Assembly (NCBI GenBank): GCA_013115145.1
Contig: JAAPAO010000064.1
Span: forward strand, 1-64,000
Source: Perkinsus chesapeaki ATCC PRA-425
Taxonomy: Eukaryota > Protista > Perkinsozoa
DNA: 64,000 bases
Reading direction: 5' to 3'
Shown: one piece after another, positions 25,462 to 38,273 of the stretch
How the letters are laid out: every line of letters starts with the position of its first letter
Numbering within the stretch: the stretch's first letter is position 1
Translations under genes and position numbers: made by a program
The notes under the pieces: generated by a model
Database searches by the model: none
Seen by the model: only the letters and a program-made list of their open reading frames with translations
What the model was told of the DNA's origin: nothing

Positions 25462-28354
25462 ATGCTGCGGCGTCTGCTACCAGCTGCTCACCATTTACTC
25501 CGACCCCGGCTTTACGCTAGTGAGCTATCTAGGCCACTCGTTCTGCAATCGGCAAGGCGATTCTCGAGTGCCCCGAAGAGCTTTGAGGTGACGCAAAGCT
25601 CAAGCTGGTTGCGCATCCTCAGATGTGCAGTTTAACCTGGACGATTCAAAGACTGCCTTTCAATGGAAGTCCACGGGGGAAGTCTTCCGCGGCTGGCTGG
25701 TGCTCAAGCTGTGCACCTACAACTTTGTTATTCGTAACGCGGAGACGCTGTGAGCCTGCTACCGCGCCGATCGACCTGGTATGCCTGCGGAAGGTACCGG
25801 ACATCTCGAAGGCTCCTGGGCGAGGGTATCACCAATGGCATCGTCAGAAGGACTTTGTTCGCCCACTTCTGTGGCGGGGAGAATGAGCGGGAGATAGTCC
25901 CGAGACTGCGGAAGCTACAGGAGGCCGGCGTCGCGGGTGGGCCGCCCTGTTTCAGGTGGATGCACAAGCTTACTTGTCAGCTATTCTGGATCCTGTGGAC
26001 GAGGCTGATATCTCCAAGACGGTGCCGAGCTCGGATATGATGGGGCCTAGCGCACCCGATAGAAGTGATACTATGCAGGCTAGAATCTTCGACTATGAGG
26101 GGGAGAAGAGGTAGTACCTCTCGGGTTGCTTGGCTGATTGTTAGCCTATATGTTTGCGAGGTATATGTTCCATATTTTAGTATTACTCATACTTATATTT
26201 ACTTATATTATATATTTTATATTATATGTATTTTACTTATATTTATTAAGTCTCATGTTTTACAGCGATTCTTGACACTTCCAAGTCCTTCAGGTGTGAC
26301 TCTCGAGTGGCCCTCGTTGAAACGGCAATTTCCACAGTTCATAGTGCCGTAGAGGGCAGAGGGATTGCGGCCATCAAAGTCTCCGCTATGGGTAGACTCA
26401 AGGATCTTCACCGCTACGTATGGTGTCACAGGTGCACCTGTATTGCTGGAGCGCATGTCAAATGCTATCAGAGAGCTCCAGGCGTTCTATGGCCGCCTCT
26501 GTGAAGGCCCGGCATGCGTACTTTCCTATGAGGAGTTCAGCAAGGTGGGCAGGGGCTCCTAGGGGGCGAGTATGATTCTAGGTGGAAGGAAGGATTCCTT
26601 ATGATGTTACTGATGCTTTCATTTGCTAGGGTTGGCTGGCAATGCATGACGTTGATGAGGAGGAGATAAAACGAAGGTTCGATAAGCTGGATCACAATGG
26701 TGATGGTACAATAGACCTTATAGATTGGATTAATAGTATGACGCTTATGGACCTATCTGAGGTGGGTGCGTCGCCCCTCACCAGCAGTATATCTAGAGGA
26801 AGCCATAGTAGTAGTAGTAGTAGGCAGGAGTTTATTCACTTGCAAGCGACGACCTTTCAGTCGGCCCACCATGTGCCTTTCGTTTCGGCCGTCGCTTCTC
26901 CGCTCTAGGATTCAGTCCAGTCTACCGTATCTACCGTACTGCAGTCTCCATTGTATTCGATAGAATGCTGCCACGGTACAGCGTAGCCTCCTCAGATTGT
27001 GCAGAAATGCCGAAGTCGAGGCCCCCTGTCCGAGGCGGCCCTGACGCAGGATGAACTACAGCTGATGCGGTGAGAATTTATATTGCTGGCTGCGGAGCCA
27101 TTTCTTTAGGGCCATGCTGAAGCGAGTCGACGCGGTCTGCAAGGCGGCGTATGATAGTAAAGTGAAGTTGCTGATAGACGCTGAGTGGACAGCGGTGAGG
27201 AGGAGGCTGTCGGTGGTGGCAGGGAGCAAGTGCTCAGATACAGCCGGCGATCGATAATGTGGCCACAAACATGATGAGGAAATATAATAATGATGAGAAT
27301 AGGGGGTGAGAACATAGTCGTCTTCGCGCGCCACGAAAATACTGCCTGCTATTGCCATATCTTGCTCAGCTTGTTACCAAACTTGCATCCTCCTCCTCAG
27401 TCCCATAGTGTACAACACTTATCAAACCTATCTCAAAGATACCTATCAGAGAGTTCATAGGGACATAGAGATGGCAAATAGAGCGGTGAGACTCTCGGCC
27501 CATCTTCACTAGACAATCGCTATCAGGGCTACTCTTTTGCGTGTAAGGTGGTGCGGGGAGCTTATATAGTAAGTGAGAGGGCGAACGCTGAGAAGGAGGG
27601 CAGGTAGCTTGCCTCCCTTGGTGATGATGAAGGTGTGGAGTCAGAGAATCTCCAGTGTGCGATACGTACGAGGCGACCACGGCATCATATCACTCGGTCA
27701 TCGAGGATCTTCTGGACCATCCCTCGCAGCCTAGTATGATAATAGCGAGCCACAACGCGGACACTGTTGAGTTCGCAGTGAGGTAAGCGCTGGTGGAAAA
27801 ATATAGGAAAATTTTCCCGTAAGATTATTTTCCCATCCTCGGTTTCGTTGATGACGGCCCAGAGTGCACTCTGGAGGCCACGAGTTGTTCGCTACCACCA
27901 CAGCGTTCAGTAAATCTCTGAGCCGACTCCGGCGAGTGGAAAGAGAGCTTAGCTAGTTCGCGTCGTCGCATCTGCTGTCCGCCACACCTACTTTTCAGGA
28001 AACTTCACGAAATGTCATCACCGATGCGGCGGGATAATGTGATGTTCGCTCAACTGTATGGTATGGCCGATCCTATAACGTACATTCTTGCAAAGGAAGG
28101 ATATAGAGCGTAGGAAGCAGGAGGATCTTGACGGGAAATCTTCAGAGTGCGATAAGATACAAGTTGGTTCCTTATGGGCCGGTCACCAATGCAGTGCCAT
28201 ATCTGATCCGCCGGGCACAGGAGAATAGCGCAATGCTCGGTAACTATGTCTCGATAATTCCCTCGACCCTATTTCCTCAGGCACTCCTGCAGTGGTGAAG
28301 GAAAGGGAGCTGCTGCTCGCTGAACTTTGGCGTCGCATAACTTCTAGAAACTAG
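25462..28354 (+). CDS. PRODH: mitochondrial proline dehydrogenase with EF-hand insert, copy 1
   Basis: Presequence MLRRLLP...RRFSS; TLFAHFCGGE, AIKVSAMG, LLIDAEWT, NTYQTYLKD, RGAY, ASHN, FAQLYGM, VPYGPV...PYLIRRAQENS. Confidence 0.92.
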
Positions 28355-28569
28355 CTAATCGGTCGTTGTCGTAGTACAGTAGTGTGGTTAGGTATTTTTT
28401 TGCTTTCTTTCTTTTTTCATATTTCCTGTCCCAGTGTGCGTACTATTAACGCCACCAGTCTTGCAATGTTTAGCATGCCACTTCGCCGTTTTGTGTTGCT
28501 GTCCCCCCGGAACTTCCCTGCAGTGTTCTCCCTCTTCGTCTCTGCTCCCGAGCCTCCTACGGCTCGTTA

Positions 28570-31500
28570 ATGCTGAGCGCAGTTGTACGCAATGGTAGCC
28601 TTGGAGCTTGTCTCCTCGCTGCCCCGTCCCTCCGACACTTCTCGACGGTTCGGCCTCACCCGGTAAGCGAGGGCTTTGGAGCGCTGCGTGACGCCAGGTG
28701 CTGGTCAGTTGCGCTTCGACAACCCTGAAGTCGCATTCCGGACCAAGTCCACAATGGAGGTGTTTCGTGGGTTGGTGGTCCTTAAATTGTGTACCTTCAA
28801 TACCATAGTGAAGAATGCAGAGATGCTGTAGTGGAGCGAGGAGCTAGTATTTGATCTTGGAATCATATTGATAGGTATAAGACATCACAGACAGTCCTCG
28901 GCAGCTCTATCACCAACTGGGCACTGAAGAAGACGTTCTTTGCCCATTTCTGCGCGGGGGAGACCGAAAAGGACATCGCCCCTACCATGAAGAAATTGCG
29001 GGAGACAGGAGTCGGTGGTAAGCTCGACAAAGACGCTTTTCGCCGTATGGCATTCCGAAATCTGCACTTCCTTCCGCGGTGCAGTTCTCACACCGATTGT
29101 TGAAAAGATTGCGTTTTCTTGGGCCGAACGCTTCTCAAATTTCTTAAGTTGGACGCTAGGACTGCTTATGAGCGCCAAACAACCGCTGCGGTGCTGCCAC
29201 ATGCCACGCCGTTATCCCTAGTGTGGATAGGTATCCTCGATTACGCCGCAGAGGCAGAGCTATCGGCTCAGTCCAAGAAGCCTGATGCGATGGGAGACGC
29301 CCCTGATAGAACCGATTTCATGCATGCGAGGGTATATGACTATGAGGGAGAGAAAAAGTAGGTCTTCGTACCACACTTTAGTTGTTCTTGCTGTGACAGC
29401 GTTATAGGCGTACCAAATTGCTACCTGCGTTGCGTGAGCGAAGAGGAGCATTTACTAGTATCGATCATCATGATCGAATGATTCCACCACACAAGGTTTT
29501 GCAGCAGCAGTCCCTTGTGGTATATTACTCCACACATTCTCAACTTCAGTGCGCCTGGGTATCGCGCAGCCTAATATTCCCATCATTCAGAATCCGTTGC
29601 TGTCCGGTAGTCTGAGCAGTGTTCTCTAACCATCAGATGCGATGCGAGAGTCAGAGTTTTTGAAACGGCATTGCTCGCTGTTCACAACACCACTCCTGAG
29701 GAAGGCTTCGCAGCTATCAAGTTATCTGCGTTGGGTGCGCGCCACTCAGTGGAGGCCGCTGAGACCCAGTATTGATGTGGCTCAGGTGCACCGGTTCTGT
29801 TGGAGCGGATCTCCACGGCGATGGTTGAGATGTCGGCTTTTTATGAGCGTCTCGGCGGGAAAGGAGATGGTGGCGAACTGACGTATGATGACTTCAAGAA
29901 GGTCAGCTTAACGAGACTCTCACCAGAGTGGTAGCCAGCCACTCGCTGGCTTGTTTCGACTATTACACGCTTCCGAGATGTCTGGGCCGATTTCTCCTTA
30001 TGGCCGAGAGGGACTCGGAATTCCTAGAAAATAATTCCGGAAATTTTAATTTTATTGTCGGAAATTCCAAACTTTCCGTTGTTGGATTTTTAACACCACG
30101 ACTCGTAGTCCGTAAGTCTTCACTGCTCTTTGCGATCAGGGGTGGCTGAATTTTTTTAATGAGCCTGTTGGAGGGGAGCAGGAAATACGTAGAACATTCG
30201 ATAAGTTGGATGTTTACCATGATGGCTCCATCGACTTGGTGGACTGGACATGCAGTATGACATTAGTGGACATGTCGGAGGTGAGCAGCAGCAACACCGT
30301 CCACAGTGCCGATTCCCGACTCTACCACATTCGACTATGCTGCTCCTTAATATCCTATCGATCCGACCGCAACCGTCGCTGTTCTCTCGACCTTTATAAT
30401 GGCAAATACTGTTCGTGCCTAGTTGTTCTACTTCTGCGTCGTCCCACAGTTGTATTGGGATTCAGATGGTAAAGGAGTGTAAAGAGCACGGTCCCCTGTA
30501 CCATGCAGCACTCGATGAGGAGGAGCTTGAGCTTATGAAGTAAGCCCTTCTATTGGCGGTTTTCGCCATAATGGTACAGCGCTGCTACTGTATTTGATGC
30601 GCTCGCGACCTTGCTAGTATATAATATACTATTTTATATATATAATAAATGCATAATTATAATATGGCAGTGTATTTTTTCTCGAAATCGTCTTCGCTCC
30701 CGAACATTTGTACCTGACCGCACGCCCACCTTAAAGCACTGGGTGATATGAGGAAGTTGCCCTCGGCGGCGCCTCGTCCTCTCGCCGGCACGACCGAGAC
30801 CATCCTCAGGAAAAATATTACCAATTATCCACCCATATTATGTCTCAGGGCCATGCTCCACCGTGTGGACATGATTTGCGAGAAGGCATACAACCTCGGT
30901 GTGAAAATCATGATCGATGCTGAGTGGACTGCGGTAGGTCGGTGGTGGCGGGGAGAGGTGGATAAAGTTCGCAGATTCAACCGGCGATCGACAATGTGGT
31001 GGTCCATATGATGCGAAAATACAACAGAGATGCAGAGAAGGGGTGAGCTACGATTATCAATTACCGCGCGCCACGAAATTACATCAGCCCGATTGTTTTT
31101 AACACCTTCCAAACGTATCTCAAGGATGCGCGGTTCCGGGTGAACCATCACATGAAAATGGCCGAGCGGGAGGTGAGTCGGCGCGGACTGCGCCTTCCCG
31201 GACTATCCTCTTCAGGGCTATCAGTTTGCCTGCAAAGTGGTCCGTGGCGCCTATATGGTAAGCGAGCGTCTGAAGGCTGAGAACGAGAACAGGTAGATGA
31301 TACCGCTATCGGCTGTGTACTGCTGCTGCTCCTCTTCAGAGACCCACCGGTGTTCGATACCTACGATGAGACAACTGCGTCATGTCACGCTGTGATAGAG
31401 GATCTCATTAACCACCCCACTGAGCCGAGCATAATGGTGGCAACACATAATGAAGATACGGTCAATTTCACTGTCAAGTGGGTGGTGCATCTGCAACCTG

Positions 31501-31908
31501 GCCAAAAACTAAGGTCGTCGTATAGGACCGTACAAGAGTGTGCAGATCCGGAGAAGCGACAAGAGCGAGTTTACTTCGGCCAGTTGCTCGGAATGAGTGA
31601 CCCCATCACTTTTGTTCTGGCCGAGAATGGCTACAAAGCGTAGGTGCGCAGTCTCTATTTAACTACCATGGTGAGTTGCAGTTACAAGTACGTTCCCTAC
31701 GGCCCCGTTAAGGACGTTGTGCCTTACCTCATTCGACGGACGCAGGAGAACTCGACACTACTAGGTAGCTCCCAGCAGCAGCAGCCGATACATTCATGGC
31801 TGTCTTGGCTTAGGGACACCAGCGGTGGCCGAGGAGCGCAGGATGCTGTTCACCGAGTTCAAGCGTAGGATTTTCCGCCGAGAGCACGCCCGCAAGATAG
31901 ACTCCTGA
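28570..31908 (+). CDS. PRODH: mitochondrial proline dehydrogenase with degenerate EF-hand, copy 2
   Basis: FFAHFCAGE, ILDYAAE, AIKLSALG, IMIDAEWT, NTFQTYLKD, KVVRGAY, ATHN, FGQLLGM, KYVPYGPVKDVVPYLIRRTQENS. Confidence 0.93.
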
Positions 31909-32109
31909 GGACTACCGTGATCCGACTTCGACTTAGTGACACTTTTGCGTACAGCATTAAGCAACTACTTGTAACTACTTTTACCTGTCCGGTCATCGTC
32001 TATTGCGCGCCATCGTGAGCGCTCGATTTTCGAACTCTTATTTCCATCCAAGCGTCGATCGTAACATTGCGTGATCATTTTCGGTTGGGAATCTCCACAG
32101 TGTGATACA

Positions 32110-32932
32110 ATGGCATTCAATCTTTCCCTCAAAGAGTCCAGCTCGGCAAAGCGAGCTCGGGTAACAGCAGCTGCCAGCAAAGCGTCCAAGCCGGCCTTCT
32201 CGGTGGCGGACGCTCCATCAGAGCCCTCGGACACGCCCACGGAACCGGCCGCACCCGAACTAGGTGAGCACCGTCGCTGGAACTACACGTCACTCCCGAG
32301 CCAGATCTTGATTCCCTTGCTGAGCTGCGGGATGATGGCTGCACCCTCGCCGATGCCGGGGAGTTCCGAGAAGCCATCTCTTCGTGGAGTAGGATAGTGA
32401 GGGCTGGCAAGGCCGGAGCCGACGTTCACAATTGGATTGCACAGGTAGGCTGTCCCCATCTACTTTGCGTGCATGCCGCCGGTGATAGGCCTATATGGAG
32501 CTAGATGAGGATTGGCGTGCAGTTCACCATGCGGAGATTGCCTATACTGGAGACCGAGGGTACGCCCTCACCTACGCCAGAGCTTTGTTTAATTATGGCG
32601 AGCTGGAGAAGTGCAAGGACATCATAGACGATAACGTGGATACTGCGACACAGGAGGATAAGAAAGGTAGGTCGTGGGTTCGATTCCCGGTCGCGTCGTT
32701 TTTGATTCCAGATATGATTTCTCTGCTTGCGGACGTCGGCAGGCTATCGTCGCTTGTCGAGAAGGACATGGCCGAGCATCACCGTGGTGTGGTGGTAAAC
32801 GGGCGCACCGTAACGATGCCCTTCTGGGAGACCGCGCAGAGAGTCGACTACGACGAGGAGGGCCGGCCGCATGTCAAGGCGCCGGAAGAAGCCGGCAAAA
32901 GGACGTCAGACGACACTCACGATGTTGACTGA
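32110..32932 (+). CDS. TTC33-like TPR protein, 3 introns
   Basis: Spliced product LRDDGCTLADAGEFREAISSW...IAQAYMELDEDWRAVHHAE...TYARALFNYGE follows the TTC33 TPR pattern. Confidence 0.65.
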
Positions 32933-33001
32933 TAACGTTTCTATCATTCGCCTGCTGCGATGTGTTGGTCAAAAATGAAGTTTTCCGAGGTTTGAGCAGG
33001 C

Positions 33002-33860
33002 ATGTACTCCCCAGCCAGCAGCTACTACGATGAGGGTGGTGGTATGCCTTGCGCGGACAACTACTTCGTCACCTACTTTGATCCCGTTCAGTGCATGAAC
33101 GTCCCAATAGCCCCACAGGTAGGAGCAGCCTCCCCCTTCTCTTCCTCCTCGGTCCAGTGTGTAGCCTCTTCTCAGGCTCTGGAGGAGCGTCGTATAGCGA
33201 TATGGCTATCCTGGTTCATAGGGACATGGTCTGATAACTATGGCAACTTGGTGCATGTCGAGGTGAGATGTCCAACAGGGATTCTTGATTCGGTCTTCTT
33301 TCTTTGCTTATGGTTTCTGTCCTATTGATTCCTACCGACGCTTGTTCCAGGGCAACGTGTCAAAGTGCAAGCATCTCTACTACAGCGTGGTGAATGTTAC
33401 AAAGAGGAAGGTGGTGGACAGTGGCATGATCTACTTCGACCTTTACACCTATAAAATCCACCTTGACCACAAGTTCGAGCTGGACACTGATTTCTCTGAC
33501 GATCTCACAGTACGATGGCGCCCTGTGAATCCAAGCTCTGCTACCTGCCCACTCTGGACGCACATTGAGAGGCTTGACAGATGCGCCAAGTGGCACGTGT
33601 TGAACGACATGGAAGTCAGCCGAGTGGGTGGAACCTCATCTGCAGACCTCTCTCGCACCGCCCAGTTTCAGAACAGTAATGTGGAGCGTTATTTGATGAA
33701 CAAGACTAAGGAGCTCAAGGAGGCCTTCCCGTCAGCCAGCAGCAGCTCTCCGTCTGCTGTTCTGGAGCATGCCGCTGCCAGCAGCGATGCCACAGCCCAT
33801 AGCTCGCCTGAAGTATCTTCGGAAAATAATGTCAATGAAGTAGGGTCTTCGCTCCTGTAG
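33002..33860 (+). CDS. hypothetical multi-exon protein (may extend to about 34124)
   Basis: Coherent exons MYSPASSYYDEGG..., WLSWFIGTWSDNYGNLVHVE, and a 191-aa open stretch; no family recognised. Confidence 0.5.
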
Positions 33861-34297
33861 CTTTGTGCCAAATTGGCCGTTTTCAGTCGGCGTCTGCGAG
33901 GCCAACGGTAGCGCCGGCAGAGGCTGAGCCGCCAGCTACCGAGTAAGACGTGGATTCGATGGACTTAGAAATGATCGTGCCAGGTTAACTAAAGTACCAC
34001 CAGTCAGCAGTGCCGTGGCCGATTGGAGGAATGCGCCCAGCACGAAGCCCGAGAAGCCGGTGAATCAAAAAAAGCACTCAAACGAGCGGCGTCCTCGGAA
34101 ATGGGACCGACATCGAGACGCTAGCAGCCGAGATCGGTGGCAGTGGTGGGACTACTATCAGGGCTAGCAAATCCCTTCGTATTCTGATCGATTTGTCAAA
34201 CATCGGTTTGGTTTCTACCTGCCCTCCCTGTTTCGTTGTCACACTGCTGGAGTTGACGGGGCGCTTCAGCATCTTGCGCGTCGGTGCATGAAAGCTG

Positions 34298-35900
34298 ATG
34301 GTTGTGTTTCTTCTGGCGCAAAAATTCCGCAGCTGGTGGGAGGAGGAATCAGAGTCCTCATCGAGTTCAGAGAGCAGCAGCAGCGATGAGGAAGGGGGAG
34401 CCGATGAGCTTCCAACCATTCCTGTTCACGGTGCGATGCTTCTGCATCGCTCCGCAACAACTTGTCAGCTTCGCATCCCCAGCGCCCCGCGGGCCTTCCA
34501 GCGGCGCTCGCCGTGTCGCCAAGGCGGCCTTCGTTCGAAGACTGGGAAGTTGGACCTATACTGTCGTTCAGTGATGAAGAGGAGGAGGACGAGAAAAATG
34601 ACATGACTCCGCGCGCAAGTCTATTCCCTGTGTGGGCATGTAGAGAGCAATCAACAGGTCGCCGAAGAGCCCCCAGCTGCCGTGTGGCTCGCTCGTCGAG
34701 AGTATGCTAGTTCCCTCGGCTTCGAGGCGTCTGCAGCAATCGAGGGTAGCTGTGGTGGTGATGTGACAATTGGCCACATTGACGCCACAGGCTCTGCCGA
34801 CCTGCCAGCACCTCTGGCGCGCTTAATTGACACTTGCCTCTCGAATCCACCCCTGCCGCCTGGCTGGGAGGAGTCCCGATATGAAGATGGAGTTGATGGA
34901 GATGGAGTCGTCTACTACTTCGATCCTATCGCCAGTAGCTCTATGTTATCGCTCCTCAGTGAGATGGCAGGCTCTTCAGACCAGAGCACATGGGCTCATC
35001 CAATCGACGCCGCGGCCAAGCTGGCAATGAAGTGGGTGCGACAAGCCGAGGCTAAACGCGAGGCTGATGCGGCAGAGGAGCTCACGGGAGTCCTACTGGA
35101 AAATATCAATCGGTCACGACTGCAAGGCCCTCTCTTTGACGTGACTTCAGTGCGTTCAGGTTCGCTGAGGAGGTCGCATCGACACCGGTGGAGTGGTCAG
35201 GGCCCTATTCTCTACCGGACGGTGGCCTCGGCTACCTCCACGCCAATAGTGGGAGAGTAGTCGCATCTTCCCCAGTGCAACTGGGAGGCCTTCGAGCAGG
35301 TCACCAAGCACCATCCGGTCTCCCTAGCTGTCTACAAGGCGCAGATGGCCTCTTGGCTCTTCTGTCAGGCCTCCTCCTTCCCCGCCTCCCCATTGCCCCT
35401 CTCAGGCGTGTACTTCGGAATTCCTGCACCTCCTCGAGAATTGATGGGTGAAGTGTATCAAAAGATTTTTCAAACTTTAAAACCAGCGGAGTCCTTAGAG
35501 CTTCAGCCTGGCCAGGTCCTTCTCATTAGCCCTCAACCCATATGAGATGCCATCTTCAGGACACCAAGGCCACCCAGGAAGCCTCCTCTGATATCGACGC
35601 CAACAGTACGGCTGTTTCGAGCGGCCCTTCGTGAGGAATTCGTGGCACCCGTTTGGCATCGCTCCCTGCCTTCAGGCCCACCATCTCTGTGCCCGCGTGT
35701 CCCCCTTCTGAGCAGCTGCCTCCAAAGGAAGGGAGAACAGACGCTCTCGAGTATCATCAGTGTCGCTCATCGAGCACTCCTCCTTGCAGGTTCACGTTCG
35801 CTGCAGAAGCTTCGGAGGAGGCTCAACCCGTCCACGACGCTTAACTATACATGGTCCAGCATGAACACCTCCTTTCTGTCAGCTCCTAACGTGTCGTGTT
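34298..35900 (+). CDS. WW-domain protein, multi-exon; 3' end approximate
   Basis: PLPPGWEESRY...VVYYFDPIASSS...TWAHP is a WW signature; second WW-like EWSGPYSLPDGGLGYLHANSG; acidic N-terminus. Confidence 0.65.
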
Positions 35901-35944
35901 GTAACCCTCATCCAGATTCAGAAGCTTCGTATAATTCGCTTTTT

Positions 35945-37719
35945 ATGGAGTATCGTGTGGCAATCGACTTGGGCAGCGGCCTGACCAAAATCGGCTTTGC
36001 CGGCAATCCCGTCCCCGATTGTGTGATACCCAGCTTGGTCGCTACGCCCAATGGTGACTCAAGCCCAACAGGAGAGTAGCGTCGGTCTCATAGGAGCTTG
36101 CCTCATAGTCCGCTTCCTTATTCAGTTACTATATAGGGAAATTCGCGATGAAGTACAGTCTTCAAGACTTTACAATCATTCGACCTTTGCTGTGGTCAGG
36201 TTGCGCCTTTTTGACGCCGGTTACTCTGTGCGGTCCCTGATACGGGACGGCCGGGTGGAGGACCTTAGTGACCTCGTCCTGTTCGTGGATTCCTGTTGCC
36301 GAGACTACCTCAAAGTGGACCCGATGGACTGTCATTTCTTTTTTGTTAAGTCCCCCTGTTTACCCTTGGTTATCAGCTCTATTCTCAGGCCCTTCCAGCG
36401 ATGAGCTCCCCCACCGACCGATCCCAAGTAGGCTACCACCGATCGCGACCTCTCATAGATCTCCCCATCAGTTCATGCGGTCGCTGATGACATCACTATC
36501 GCCTCTTTCCATCACCATAGTTGATCAGTCAGTTGCTGCATTGTTCGCTTCAGCTGGTCCTGATTGCAGTCCAGGAAGGCTGACGGGTATCAAATCTTGT
36601 TGTGCGTGTCGCTAATACGCGTCCTCGTCGAGGTACCATAGTCGACATCGGTGAAAATCTTACCAAAATAATGTGCCTCGTGAGATTCGAACGCGTGACA
36701 TCGTCGGCATTCCCCAGTCCAGGTCGACGGATATCTGGTTTGTAGCTCGGTCAAGGAGGAGGCCATTGGTGGCGCACAAATCTCTGAGATGATCAAGCGC
36801 CATTTAGAAGCCCGTCAAGAGTACACATGCTTCTCGATAAGATCGGCCAATCACTCTCATCAGATTCAAGCCTTTGAGTGCACTGCGGCGCCGTGATCGA
36901 GAGAAAGCCATCACGTCTGCTGTACAGAAGATCAAACACGGCAGTTGCTATCTTGCCGCCAACCCCGTGGACGAGGCCCTGAGATTAGATGAAGGTGCCC
37001 CTTCATAATACGGCGTCCCAGGGTGTTCTAATCTGAAACTTTCAGATGCAAAGCTAGCTAGGAAGAAGCAGAGGAGCGAGGCCTACGGCTGGGAGTACTC
37101 CGTATGCTATGAGAGATTCATTGCCCCCGAGATACTATTCGAGCCGGTAACATGAGCCGTACCGTCACTGCTTGCCTACAGTCTTGCAGTCAATCGCTTG
37201 TGGGGTGGAGAGAGATGCCACTCCACTGCCAGTACTGGTCGATGACGCTATTCAAGCTGCCCCTATCGATTACAGGGCTAAGCTATACTCGGTAAGCTGG
37301 TATATCTTGTCGGTATATCTTCGAGCTCTCTCAGAACATCGTGCTATCGGGGGGTTCGACTATGTTCACAAATTTTGATCGAAGACTCAAGCTGGAACTC
37401 AAGGCAGGCGCCACCGTGGAAATGGTATATTGCCCGTTGCAATGGTGCAGTTACTGACGGCAGCCCGCCACAAAGCTAACCGTCCGAGCAACATAGGTAT
37501 CAAATCAACAGGGCAGAATGCAGTGTGGCTGGGAACGAGTCAGATCGCCCAACAGGTGAAGGGAACAACAACCAGCACAGTCGGCGGCTCAAAGGTCTTT
37601 ACTGTCAGGCCGACTTTGATAAACCAGCCATGATGCGAATTAAATTCGAGGAGTTTGTTAAATTTGGTGTCCGATATGAACAGACACTTTCCAGCATGCA
37701 GGAGAATATGGGCTTATAA
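35945..37719 (+). CDS. divergent actin-related protein, Arp3-like
   Basis: [92 protein letters not shown]. Confidence 0.8.
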
Positions 37720-38273
37720 TATGTTTCTGCCACATCATCATTCAGCAACATAAAGCTTGCGTTCGCGAGTACAAGACTTGATAACGTGATTCAAAGTGAT
37801 GTCAACCTTACATTATTAACGATAGACCTTTTCTTTATTCACCGTGCTAGTTTGTTTACCAGTGAGGCGGTCAAAGTGTAAAGCTGTAATACTCGCCGTC
37901 ATTGCTTAGTCCACTCGGTCCCCGAGGCATGTCTCCAGGAACGCGAGGGTAGCCGAGAGGCAGACTTGTCATGTTGACAAGTCAACAGAAGCTGTCGAAC
38001 AGTCCTTCTTCAACTTCATTATCAACGCAAGCATTTTATCGGATTTAGGCGAGACTATAATGATGCGATTGAAATGCCGTTATTAAAATACCTTATCTCC
38101 GAGAGGCTCTCTCAGAGATAAGATATCGTCGAGCGTACGAAATACGGACCTATACCTCAAAAAAGGTTTTTGTTTAACACGATAGGGACTTTCTCAAAGC
38201 GCTTTTCATCTTTGAAGGATGGTTATAAATAATCGTCTCTATAAACCATAACCATGACACATTTTCTCCAAGT

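Noticed and set aside
27859-27874. Perfect 16-bp palindrome CCAGAGTGCACTCTGG in a PRODH intron
   Set aside because: About one such palindrome is expected by chance in 64 kb; not seen in the paralogous intron
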